Below, in pieces: positions 17,568 through 26,099 of a stretch of DNA of 64,000 bases. The translations under genes and the position numbers were made by a program. The DNA comes from Candidatus Dormibacteria bacterium (GTDB lineage: Bacteria > Chloroflexota > Dormibacteria > Aeolococcales > Aeolococcaceae). The stretch lies in NCBI GenBank assembly GCA_049521435.1, contig JBEKOU010000010.1, positions 4,454 through 68,453 on the forward strand, written 5' to 3'. The notes below the pieces were generated by a model that made no database searches, was not told where the DNA came from, and saw only the letters and a program-made list of their open reading frames with translations. Every line of letters starts with the position of its first letter. Position 1 is the stretch's first letter.

Positions 17568-19019
17568 TCAGCCGGCCGGGGTGGTCACAGCCGCCGCACC
17601 GGCGCGTCGCAGGCGCACGCGGAGCGCGACAGCCATCACCGCGCACGCGGCGGCGACTGCGATGCAGAAGGCGAGCTCGACTCGGAGCAGCGTTCCCGGC
17701 AGCACGACCAGGGCCAGGACCAGGGCGACGGTTCCCGACACCCAGCCCGCGGTGGCACCACGGTATCCGCGCAGGGCGATGCAGGCGTAGGCGAGGGCAA
17801 AGGCCACCATCATCCCCTCGCTGCCGAGCGCGAGCAGGGCAAGGTCGCCCCGCCCCAGCGGTCGGCTGCTGTGGAAGAGGATCTGCAGGACGGGCGGTCC
17901 GAGCAGGGCCATCCCGGCGACCGAGAGCACGATCACCAGGGCGGCCAGCACGAGGATCCGGCGGAGCAGCAGGCGGAAGTCGTCCAGGCGGCCCGCGGCC
18001 GCGTCGGCGGAGAGCTTGGGCATCAGCGACGCCTGGATCGCCTGGAAGAAGAAGAGGGGGATGCGGGCGACGATCAGCCCGTTGAGGATGCGGCCCGCGG
18101 CGGTGGGGTCGCCGTTTGAGAAGAGAGCCTTGCTCGCGAGCGGCGTGACGTTCATCAGGGCCTGGGCCAGCAAGGATCCGGTGAGCAGCCATCCGAGCGC
18201 CGAGGAGAGCTCACTCCAGCGCGCCGGCGGTCCGGGGGCGGCGATGCCCCGCTGGCGTGGCATCACGACGGCGAGGCCGATCAGGCACGGCAGGCTGATG
18301 GCCAGGCCAAAGGCACCGCCGTTGGTGACCCCGGCCTTCAGCAGCACCAGCGCTGCGGCGATCCGGACCGCCCCCTCGACCATGAGGACGGTGGCGTAGC
18401 CGCCAAACCGGGCCGATCCCGCCAGCGTCCCCCGAGAGAGGTAGTAGACGGCGTAGACGGCCATGGCGACCAGGAACCCCAGCAGCATCAGGGCCTGGCC
18501 GTTGAAGAACGTGCCCACCAGCGGGCTCTCGCCGGCGGCGGCGAGCACCATCACGGCGATGGCGATGCCGATCCCGAGGAGCAGGGCCCGTCGCACCACG
18601 GGCCCCGCCCCGAGCCCGGCCACCCGCCGGGCGGAGGCGGCCCGACCCACCTCCTGCTCGAGTGGCAGGAAGAGGCCCGGGGCGGCCACGAAGGTGAGAG
18701 CCCAGAGCGCGCTGAACGCCGAGTAGGTCTTGGGCGCGAGCGCGTGGTTGGCGATGACCACGAAGGCGTAGGTCGTGATCCCCTGGATCGCGAGGGCCAT
18801 GCCGATGACCAGGGCTCCCGGGGGGAGTGGATTCGACCGGGGGGCCCGCGCGGCCTCACCCGCGAGGGGGGTGGCGGAGACGGCCGAGGGGGAGTCGCCG
18901 GGAGAGGGCGATGCGGGCTCTGTCACGGCGCCACAGCGGTCATCGCGCCACAGTTTGTCGCAACGCGGCCGGCTGCGGTCCCGTCGAGGGCCCCCGCGAC
19001 TGCCACCCTCGAGACTCAA
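17568..19019 (-). CDS. Polysaccharide biosynthesis/flippase membrane protein (Wzx/MOP-like)
   Basis: Polytopic protein of about 12-14 TM segments with an N-terminal motif region (PKTYSAFSALWALTFVAAPGLFLPLEQEVGR). Start uncertain, possibly GTG near 18926. Confidence 0.6.
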   Translation of the reverse strand: MSLEGGSRGGPRRDRSRPRCDKLWRDDRCGAVTEPASPSPGDSPSAVSATPLAGEAARAPRSNPLPPGALVIGMALAIQGITTYAFVVIANHALAPKTYSAFSALWALTFVAAPGLFLPLEQEVGRAASARRVAGLGAGPVVRRALLLGIGIAIAVMVLAAAGESPLVGTFFNGQALMLLGFLVAMAVYAVYYLSRGTLAGSARFGGYATVLMVEGAVRIAAALVLLKAGVTNGGAFGLAISLPCLIGLAVVMPRQRGIAAPGPPARWSELSSALGWLLTGSLLAQALMNVTPLASKALFSNGDPTAAGRILNGLIVARIPLFFFQAIQASLMPKLSADAAAGRLDDFRLLLRRILVLAALVIVLSVAGMALLGPPVLQILFHSSRPLGRGDLALLALGSEGMMVAFALAYACIALRGYRGATAGWVSGTVALVLALVVLPGTLLRVELAFCIAVAAACAVMAVALRVRLRRAGAAAVTTPAG

Positions 19020-19112
19020 TTCTGCCCGGCGGTCGCAACCGCCTCCGGTTCGGGTATAGTCGCTGGTGGCGGGAGCTTTCGAGAGCCGCTGCCCCGGCCG
19101 GACACCGGCCAG

Positions 19113-21890
19113 ATGCCGCGTCGCAGCCGCGAGCGCGCCTCAGAAGTCCCCGGAATACGTCTGCTGACGCCGCACAGCCACAGCCTGCGGCGCATCGAGG
19201 TTGACAGTCCGCTGATCGCACCGGACCTCGCGCTCGACCGGCTTCACCTCATCGTCCCCGATGAGAGTGATGCGATGGTCGTGCTCACCACACTTGCACA
19301 CGGCGGTGCCGCCGGCGCTGATCCACGCGCCCTCTTCGCCGAGCGGCTGTCGGAGCTCGGCCATCTGACGGTCTCCTTCACCGACGAGGATCCCCCCCAG
19401 GTCCGGCTGGCACTCCCCGACCTCACCCTCCAGTGCGTCCCTCAGCCCGATCCGGGTGGGGATCCCGCCCACCTGGCTCTGCGGGTGATCTCCCTCAAGC
19501 CGATGAGCGACCACCCCGACGGGGCCAAGATCCTCACCCTGACCGCCCGTCACCCGGTGGTGACCGCCGCCAATGGCGTGGCCAGTGACACCTTCCGGAT
19601 CCTGGATTGGCGCCGAGCGGGCGCCAAGGCCGCGAAGAGCGAGCGCCTCTACGCCACCCTGAAGCTGGTCGAGCGCCTCGAGGGGGCAGAGAAAGGTCGC
19701 GCTCAGACCCAGCGCACCCGCTACGTCGCAGCCCGAGAATTCTGGCGCTGCAAGACCTGCCGGGCACTCTGGCGGCCCGGGGAGCACACCCAGTGCCCAT
19801 CGTGCGGGCGCGAGTTCGGCGAGATGGACCGGAGGCAGCCGGAGATCGCCAAGGTCGAGTTCGTCGTCCCCGAGGTGGAGACGATCACCCTCGCGCCCGA
19901 CGCCGCGGTGCTGGTGGAGCCGGAGGACGAGCCCAACTTCGTGGGTCGGGTCTCTCGGATCGACCACCGCCGGCACACCGTCGAGGTCTCCACCCGCACG
20001 TTTGAGCACGCCGGGACGGAGGGCTACATCACCCCCTCCTTCAACCGGTCGCTGTACCAGGCCAAGCGCTCGGTGCTGGCCGCCATCGCGACCAGGGATT
20101 TCGGGGTGGGCCTGCTGGCTCAGCTCCTGGTCGCCGCCGACACCGTGCGCTCGCCCGCGTACGTCCCGAGCACCGAGGCCGGGGGATGGCTCACCGAGGG
20201 GATGCAGGCCAACCCGCCCCAGGACCGCGCGGTCGCCCTCCTCTCCGGTCTCCAGGCCGGACAGGCCGTCTTCATCCAGGGACCCCCCGGGACCGGCAAG
20301 ACCACGGTCATCGTCGAAGCCGTCAAGCGCCGTCTCGCCGCAGATCCCGACGAGCGAATCCTGGTCACCTCCCACTCCAACCTGGCCGTCGACAACGCCC
20401 TGGAGCGGCTCGCCGGCACCCCCGGGATGCGAGCCGTCCGGGTCGCGCGGGCTGAGCGCGTCCACCCCGCGGTGGAGCGCTTCCGCTGTGACGACGAGGA
20501 CGACCCGCGGCTGATGGAGGCCAACTGCTACTTCGCCACCTGTGCGACCGCGGCCACCTCGGCGATCACCGACATGAACTTCGACGTGGTCATCCTCGAT
20601 GAGGCCAACAAGGCACGGGCCGACGAGTCCCTCCCGGCGCTCCGCCTCGGTTCGGCACTTGCCCTGGTCGGCGACCACAAGCAGCTGCCCCCGGTCGAGG
20701 ACGACTCCCTCTACGGCATCGTCGAGACCGATCCCTTCCTGGAGGAGCTGGTCAACACCTCTCTCTTCGAGATGGCCTGGGACGGCGGCCTTCCCGCGGA
20801 GGCCCGGTGCCTGCTGACCATCCAGCACCGGATGCATCCTCAGATCTCCGCCTACATCTCGCGCGCCTCGTACGAGGGGCAGCTCCAAGATGCGCCGGAG
20901 GTCCAGGCGTACGAGTTCGTGACCCGCAAGCCGCTGCCAGTCGCCCTCCACTTCGTGGACACCGACGGCATGAGGGGAAGCCGGGAGCGCCGCGGCCCCG
21001 GCGGCGCGCTGCGCAATGAGACCGAGGTGCGAGTGGCGGCCCACGTCGTCCGGTTGCTCGACGAGCGCTGCCCCCGCGAGCTGAGCATGGCCGTCATCGC
21101 CATGTACGCCGAGCAGGTGGAACGGTTGCGCCAGGCGCTGGGGCGCCGCAAGTTCAAGCGGTCGGTGAAGATCGACACCGTCGACTCCTTCGAGGGCCGC
21201 GAGGAGGACCTGGTCGTCATCTCCCTGGTCCGCTCCAACGAGCGGGGCCGGATCGGCTTCCTGCGCGTCCCCAACCGGCTCAATGTCGCCGTCTCCCGAG
21301 CCAAGCGGCTCGTGGTCTGCATCGGCGACGCCGCCACCCTGAGGTCCGGTGAGGAGTCGATGTACGGGGTGCTGGTCGAGGCCGCGCGGGAGTCCGGCGG
21401 CTACGTCCCGGCCGCCGACGTGGTCTCGCCGCGGCGCCGGCCGGACCACTCGTTCGGGTCGGAGGGAGAGTCAGGTCCCCCGGAGGGTGGAGGCCAGCTG
21501 CGCCGCCGGCGCCGCCGGCGCCGGGGAGGTGCCGCCGGGCAGGCTCCCGCCGCACTGGGTCCGGACGGCCAGCCGCTCGTTCCCGCCGCGGGAACCGCGG
21601 GGGCCGGGCAGGAGACGGGTCAGCCGGCCCGCCGCCGCCGGCGTCGCCGTCGCCGTGGGGGGACGCCACCGGCCCTCTCCGGCGCCGGTCCCACGCCGGA
21701 CGGTGAACAGCTCCAGACCGGGATCGAGGGGGCGCCCACGATGGGCGGACAGTCGAGCCTGCGGCCGCGCCGCCGCCGCCGCCACCGCCACGGGCCACGT
21801 CCCGGGGGTGCGACCGGCGGCGACGGGGGCGCCGCCACCTCTGGCGCGTCCGGCCCGCCGAGCCCGCCTCCGGCTCCTGTCGAGAGCTGA
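19113..21890 (+). CDS. Upf1/DNA2-like SF1 helicase with an N-terminal zinc ribbon and an Arg-rich C-terminal tail
   Basis: Helicase motifs FIQGPPGTGKTT, VILDEANK, LVGDHKQLPPV, TIQHRMHPQIS, VDSFEGREEDLVVISLVRSN and NVAVSRAK. CxxC..CxxC at 19750-19805. The tail from about 21480 carries three poly-Arg runs. The first ATG after the flippase gene is 19113. Confidence 0.8.
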   Translation: MPRRSRERASEVPGIRLLTPHSHSLRRIEVDSPLIAPDLALDRLHLIVPDESDAMVVLTTLAHGGAAGADPRALFAERLSELGHLTVSFTDEDPPQVRLALPDLTLQCVPQPDPGGDPAHLALRVISLKPMSDHPDGAKILTLTARHPVVTAANGVASDTFRILDWRRAGAKAAKSERLYATLKLVERLEGAEKGRAQTQRTRYVAAREFWRCKTCRALWRPGEHTQCPSCGREFGEMDRRQPEIAKVEFVVPEVETITLAPDAAVLVEPEDEPNFVGRVSRIDHRRHTVEVSTRTFEHAGTEGYITPSFNRSLYQAKRSVLAAIATRDFGVGLLAQLLVAADTVRSPAYVPSTEAGGWLTEGMQANPPQDRAVALLSGLQAGQAVFIQGPPGTGKTTVIVEAVKRRLAADPDERILVTSHSNLAVDNALERLAGTPGMRAVRVARAERVHPAVERFRCDDEDDPRLMEANCYFATCATAATSAITDMNFDVVILDEANKARADESLPALRLGSALALVGDHKQLPPVEDDSLYGIVETDPFLEELVNTSLFEMAWDGGLPAEARCLLTIQHRMHPQISAYISRASYEGQLQDAPEVQAYEFVTRKPLPVALHFVDTDGMRGSRERRGPGGALRNETEVRVAAHVVRLLDERCPRELSMAVIAMYAEQVERLRQALGRRKFKRSVKIDTVDSFEGREEDLVVISLVRSNERGRIGFLRVPNRLNVAVSRAKRLVVCIGDAATLRSGEESMYGVLVEAARESGGYVPAADVVSPRRRPDHSFGSEGESGPPEGGGQLRRRRRRRRGGAAGQAPAALGPDGQPLVPAAGTAGAGQETGQPARRRRRRRRRGGTPPALSGAGPTPDGEQLQTGIEGAPTMGGQSSLRPRRRRRHRHGPRPGGATGGDGGAATSGASGPPSPPPAPVES

Positions 21891-21924
21891 GCCGCCCCGA
21901 GTTCCGCTAGCCTTCGTCGGCGAG

Positions 21925-22497
21925 ATGAGCGAGCAGGTCACCATCTACGTCCGCGCCGGAGATCCCACCTGCACGGCGGCGCTTCAGTACCTCGCTCAAC
22001 GTGGCGTGGAGCACCGGGTCCGGGACATCCTCACCGACCCGTCGGCGAGCGCCATCCTGCTCGGCCGGCTCGGCAGGGTGACGGTTCCGGCCTTCCAGAT
22101 CGGTGATCGCCTGGTGGTCGGATTCGATCCCATCCAGCTCAGCCGGCTGCTCCCCCGTGACGGGGACGCCGGGCCGGGCGTCAGCTTCGGGGCGGGAGTG
22201 CGCACGGTGACCGCCGTGATCGCCGCCGCCCACGGGCTGCCGGCCGCCTACGGTGTCGAGGTGGGCCCGGTACGCCAGGGGTCCCCGGCCGCGGTTGCGG
22301 GCGTGCGCCCCGGGGACGTGATCACCGCCATCGGGGCCTACACCCTCACCGGCGGGGAGTCCCAATTCCGGACCGCGGTGTCCGCCCGGCACCCCGGCGA
22401 CTCCATGGCAATCACGGTCTGGCGGGACGGCTCGTCGGAGGAGCTGGCGGTGCAGTTTCCGGCCGAGCCGGATCCCGATCCGACCGCTCCCGCTTAG
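21925..22497 (+). CDS. Glutaredoxin/NrdH-like domain fused to a PDZ domain
   Basis: N-terminus VTIYVRAGDPTCTAALQYL..VPAFQIGDRLVVGF is a Grx fold with DPTC in place of CxxC. C-terminus GVEVGPVRQGSPAAVAGVRPGDVITAIG is PDZ-like. Confidence 0.65.
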   Translation: MSEQVTIYVRAGDPTCTAALQYLAQRGVEHRVRDILTDPSASAILLGRLGRVTVPAFQIGDRLVVGFDPIQLSRLLPRDGDAGPGVSFGAGVRTVTAVIAAAHGLPAAYGVEVGPVRQGSPAAVAGVRPGDVITAIGAYTLTGGESQFRTAVSARHPGDSMAITVWRDGSSEELAVQFPAEPDPDPTAPA

Positions 22498-22502
22498 GAC
22501 GA

Positions 22503-22533
22503 CCCGGCGGCGCTCAGCCCGTCCAGATCAAGG
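22503..22533. repeat. Intergenic direct repeat, copy 1
   Basis: cccggcggcgctcagcccgtccagatcaagg. It recurs at 22630-22660 with one mismatch. A looser similarity (aaggaggcgag..gagcgcac) also recurs at 22587-22616 and 22657-22687. Confidence 0.7.
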
Positions 22534-22629
22534 CACCGAGCAGCATCCGCGGAAGACCGGTAGCGGTGTCCCGGTCGTTCAGAGCAAGGAGGCGAGGAGC
22601 AAGGCGAGGGAGCGCACCGAGGCGATCAA

Positions 22630-22660
22630 CCCGGCGGCGCTCAGGCCGTCCAGATCAAGG
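22630..22660. repeat. Intergenic direct repeat, copy 2
   Basis: cccggcggcgctcaggccgtccagatcaagg, 30/31 identical to 22503-22533, offset 127 nt. Confidence 0.7.
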
Positions 22661-22752
22661 AGGCGAGCAGCGGAGGGTGGGAGCGCACTTGACGTGCGTG
22701 ACCACCCGAGCAGCGGAGCTGACGCCGAGATGGGCGGAAATGAGCGCCGCCG

Positions 22753-23010
22753 CTACCAGCCGGGAGGGGGCTCGGAGCGGTTCAACAGCCGGATGAAGTC
22801 CTCCGCGCGGGCGACGGCCTCCCAGCGGCGGCTGAAGAAGTCCTGGCAGATCATCCGACCGTCGGCCACGCTCGTCACCGTCACCGCCCACTGGTTGAGC
22901 GCCTTGGCGACCTCGACCTCGTAGGTCGCGGCGTCATTCCGTACCACCAGCCCGGTGGGGGCCGGCCGGCGCTGAGTCCTTTCATTGCGCTGGGGGGACG
23001 CCATGGCCAT
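22753..23010 (-). CDS. Small hypothetical protein (85 aa)
   Basis: ATG 23010 is preceded by GGAGGT with a 7-nt spacer. Coding-like sequence (LVVRNDAATYEVEVAKALNQWAVTVTSVADGRMICQDFFSRRWEAVARAEDFIRLL). Confidence 0.55.
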   Translation of the reverse strand: MAMASPQRNERTQRRPAPTGLVVRNDAATYEVEVAKALNQWAVTVTSVADGRMICQDFFSRRWEAVARAEDFIRLLNRSEPPPGW

Positions 23011-23138
23011 CACAATTACCTCCACGGTCGATCGGGAGACCCGCAACCCGGGCAGCGAGACCTCGGTGCTCTTAGGAAATGGGGGGAGCGAGACCGAGCA
23101 GCGCAGCCTGCTGGGTACCCGGAGATCCCGCACGGGCT

Positions 23139-23158
23139 ATTCTCGCGCATTCTCGCGG
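23139..23158. repeat. Tandem decamer (attctcgcgc/attctcgcgg) upstream of the small ORF
   Basis: Two adjacent 10-bp copies, 9/10 identical, about 130 nt upstream of ATG 23010 on the minus strand, in a lower-GC intergenic stretch. Confidence 0.5.
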
Positions 23159-23216
23159 TAGAGAGAAGCCCGGACAACAACGGAAATCGAAGCCGGCCGG
23201 GGACCTGACCGCGGAA

Positions 23217-24227
23217 TCAGACGTCGAGATGAAGCTGCTCTGATTGTGCCACAACCGGGCCGGCGGCCCCCTGCCTCGCTCCTTCGAGAGCGGGTGCGGC
23301 CGGCGGCTCACCGACGTCCCTCACCCAACCCGGGATTGCCCCGTCACGCTCCTCCATCCGCCGGAGGATCGGCCCGGGAGGTCGGGGCATCCGCACGCCG
23401 AGAAGGTGGGCCATGTCGAAGCCGTTGACCACCGCGTAGTTGCTCCGGTTGTTGTTCATCAGCACGTGCACCGGGACGTCGCGGTCCGCAGCGGCCCGGA
23501 TCGCCGGCACCCACTGCGCCAGCTCCGACGGTGGATAGAGGTAGTCGAAGCGCTCGCCGGTCGTCGCCACCTTGCGGTACCACGTCTGGTAGTTGCGCCC
23601 GTGAAAGCGCACCAGAACCAGACGGTCGGAGGTGACGGCCAGGTGGGGCGGTGCGGTCCCGCTCCCCAGCTGAGGGGCGTCGACCCCGACCAGGGTGCAG
23701 TCCAGCTCCCGGAGCAGGTCCTCTGTCTCTGCGAGCCGCTCCCCGTCGAACCAGGAGCGGTGGCGGAACTCGACGGCGATGATGTCGCCGGGGTGCCGGT
23801 CGCGGGCTCGCAGGAGGGCCTCGCGCCCGGCGGGGCCGCTCACCACCCAGGGCGGGAACTGGTAGTGGATCGCGCCCAGCTTCTCGGACTCGCGAAGCGG
23901 TGCCAGCGCCTCGAGGAAGGCGCGCTCCTCATCGGCGGTGGGAGGCCGGGGGCGTCCCTGCTCGCGCTCGTGGCCGGTCAGGCTCCGGTAGGCCTTGATG
24001 TTGAAGACGAAGTCATCCGGGGTGCGGGCCACCCAGTCGGCGACGCGGTCCGGAGTCGGGATCCCGTAGAAGCTGGAGTCGATCTCGACCAGGGGGAAGT
24101 ACCGGGCGTAGAAGGCGAGACGTTCGCGCTGCCGCCTACCCCGGAGCTCGTCCGGGTAGAAGTCCTCGTGGTCGACCCAGTTGCAGGTGCCGACCAGGAT
24201 CGGGGACCGGCCCCGCCCTTGCTCCAT
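23217..24227 (-). CDS. DUF72 (UPF0759) family protein
   Basis: ILVGTCNWVDHEDFYP, FPLVEIDSSFYG, FVFNIKAYRSLTGH, IHYQFPPW and VEFRHRSW are present. The 205-aa N-terminal extension in the track ORF is rejected. Confidence 0.8.
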   Translation of the reverse strand: MEQGRGRSPILVGTCNWVDHEDFYPDELRGRRQRERLAFYARYFPLVEIDSSFYGIPTPDRVADWVARTPDDFVFNIKAYRSLTGHEREQGRPRPPTADEERAFLEALAPLRESEKLGAIHYQFPPWVVSGPAGREALLRARDRHPGDIIAVEFRHRSWFDGERLAETEDLLRELDCTLVGVDAPQLGSGTAPPHLAVTSDRLVLVRFHGRNYQTWYRKVATTGERFDYLYPPSELAQWVPAIRAAADRDVPVHVLMNNNRSNYAVVNGFDMAHLLGVRMPRPPGPILRRMEERDGAIPGWVRDVGEPPAAPALEGARQGAAGPVVAQSEQLHLDV

Positions 24228-24348
24228 CTCCTTCAAGAGTAGTGATCCCGCGTCCCTCCGGCCAGGCGACGTCGGATTCTGGCCGCTGTGTCCCAATGCG
24301 ATGCGCCCGGGTGGCCACGGCGACGACCCGGAGCGTGCATCGGCGATC

Positions 24349-25173
24349 ATGGGCTGGATGGCCACCGCCGCTCCCCCCTTGGTCCGACTCCCGATCGACC
24401 TCCTCCACCTCGCCACCGCCGCGGCCGAGTCGGGAGGGCGCGTGATCACAGCGGCACGCGCCGCCGGCCTCCGCGCCGTCCCCGAATCCAAGGGCCGGGG
24501 CGACTGGGTGACGAGCGTCGACCGAGCCGCCGAGGCCGCCGCCACGGCCATCCTGCGCACCGCCACCCCGGAGATTCCCATTCTCGCCGAGGAGGGGGGA
24601 GGCTCCTGGGCAGAGCGCTTCTGGGTGGTGGACCCCCTCGACGGGACCACCAACTTCGTGCTCGGCTTCCCCATGGTGGGAGTCAGCATCGCGCTCGTCG
24701 AAACGGGCCAACCGACCATCGGGGTGGTCAGCGCTCCGGAGCTGGGCAGCCGGTGGGTCGCGATGCGGGGGGCCGGCGCCTTTGACCGTGCCGGCCGGCG
24801 CCTCAGCCTGATGGAGAGCCCGGCGGCCGGGGTGACCGCCACCGGATTCCCCTTCCGTCACCCGGAATGGCATGCCCGCTACCTGGCGGTGATGAACGCC
24901 GCGCTCGGCGAGTTCGAGGACCTCCGCCGCGTGGGGGCCGCCTCTCTTGACCTGGCCTACTGTGCGGCCGGGGTGTGGAGCGGCTTCTTCGAGCTCGGGC
25001 TCGGGCTCTGGGACATCGCGGCCGGCGCTCTGCTGGTCCGCGAGGCGGGGGGCGTGGTCACCGATTGGACCGGCGACGAGACCGCGGTCTTCCGGAGCGG
25101 CGACATCCTGGCGGGCGGCCCCGCCTGGCATCAGCGCATGCTGCAGCTGGTCCGCCGGGTGGAGGGAAGGTGA
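24349..25173 (+). CDS. Inositol monophosphatase family protein
   Basis: ILAEEGG, WVVDPLDGTTNF and WDIAAGALLVREAGG motifs. Confidence 0.85.
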   Translation: MGWMATAAPPLVRLPIDLLHLATAAAESGGRVITAARAAGLRAVPESKGRGDWVTSVDRAAEAAATAILRTATPEIPILAEEGGGSWAERFWVVDPLDGTTNFVLGFPMVGVSIALVETGQPTIGVVSAPELGSRWVAMRGAGAFDRAGRRLSLMESPAAGVTATGFPFRHPEWHARYLAVMNAALGEFEDLRRVGAASLDLAYCAAGVWSGFFELGLGLWDIAAGALLVREAGGVVTDWTGDETAVFRSGDILAGGPAWHQRMLQLVRRVEGR

Positions 25174-25238
25174 GAGTCCGTAACCTGAGCCGCCTCCTCC
25201 GATTCCACCTTCACGTGCCATGAGGGAGACCTGCCTCC

Positions 25239-26099
25239 GTGACCGCTGAGCCCGCCGCGATCGCAACTTCCCGCAGCACCGCTGCGCCTGGAGGCCTGCT
25301 CGCAGGCCGGCGCATCCTGGTGACCGGCGTGCTCACCCCCAAGAGCATCGCCTACTCGATCGCCGACGCCTGTCTCGACCACGGGGCGGAGGTGATCCTC
25401 ACCTCGTTCGGACGGGCCATGAGCCTCACCGAGCGCAGCGGCCGCCGCCTTGGCCTCGAGGGACCGGTGCTGGAGATGGACGCCTCCCGGCCCGACCAGG
25501 TGACGGCCGTCGCCTCGGCCCTGCGCGAGCGCTGGGGTGGGTTGGACGGCGCCGTCCACGCCATCGGCTACGCGCCCGAGGACGCTCTCGGCGGCAAGTT
25601 CATGACCACGCCCTGGGAGTCGGTCGCCACCGCGATCCAGGTCTCCGCCTTCAGCCTCAAGACGATGGCCGCCGAGTTCGCGCCCCTCATGCCCGACCGG
25701 GGCGGCTCGCTGGTCACGCTCACCTTCGACGCCACCGTCGCCTGGCCGCTCTATGACTGGATGGGCCCCACCAAGGCCGCCCTCGAGTCGATCGTCCGTT
25801 ACCTCGCCCGCGACCTCGGCGCGCGGCGCATCCGGGTCAACTCTCTGGCCGCCGGGCCCCTGGAGACGATCGCCGCGCGCGCCGTGTCCTCCTTCGAGGG
25901 ACTCAAGGATGCATGGGGTCACGTGGCTCCGCTGAAGTGGGACAGCACGGATGCCACGCCGGTGGCGGACGCGGCCGTCTTCTTGCTCAGCGACCTCTCT
26001 CGGGGCGTGACGGGCGAGATGCTCCACGTGGACGGCGGCTTCCACAGCCAGGGGGGAGCTCCGGCGCAGATCCAGCTCCCGGAGGGGCCGGTCGAGTGA
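25239..26099 (+). CDS. fabI: Enoyl-ACP reductase (FabI/InhA type)
   Basis: ILVTGVLTPKSIAYSIA, YDWMGPTKAALES (Tyr-x6-Lys region) and VNSLAAGPLETIAA are present. Confidence 0.8.
   Translation: MTAEPAAIATSRSTAAPGGLLAGRRILVTGVLTPKSIAYSIADACLDHGAEVILTSFGRAMSLTERSGRRLGLEGPVLEMDASRPDQVTAVASALRERWGGLDGAVHAIGYAPEDALGGKFMTTPWESVATAIQVSAFSLKTMAAEFAPLMPDRGGSLVTLTFDATVAWPLYDWMGPTKAALESIVRYLARDLGARRIRVNSLAAGPLETIAARAVSSFEGLKDAWGHVAPLKWDSTDATPVADAAVFLLSDLSRGVTGEMLHVDGGFHSQGGAPAQIQLPEGPVE

Noticed and set aside
16426-18192. 588-aa minus-strand ORF
   Set aside because: It is antisense to gmd paralogue 2 and out of frame with the flippase gene. It has no motifs and a skewed Arg/Gly/Pro composition.
19140-21449. 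769-aa minus-strand ORF covering the helicase locus
   Set aside because: It is antisense to a gene with a complete SF1 helicase motif set. Its product is Arg/Gly/Asp/Pro-rich with no recognisable motif. Long antisense ORFs are expected at this GC content.
22503-22687. Possible mini CRISPR array
   Set aside because: There are only two copies of the 31-mer. The repeat has no palindromic core, the single spacer is about 96 nt, and no cas genes are in the window.
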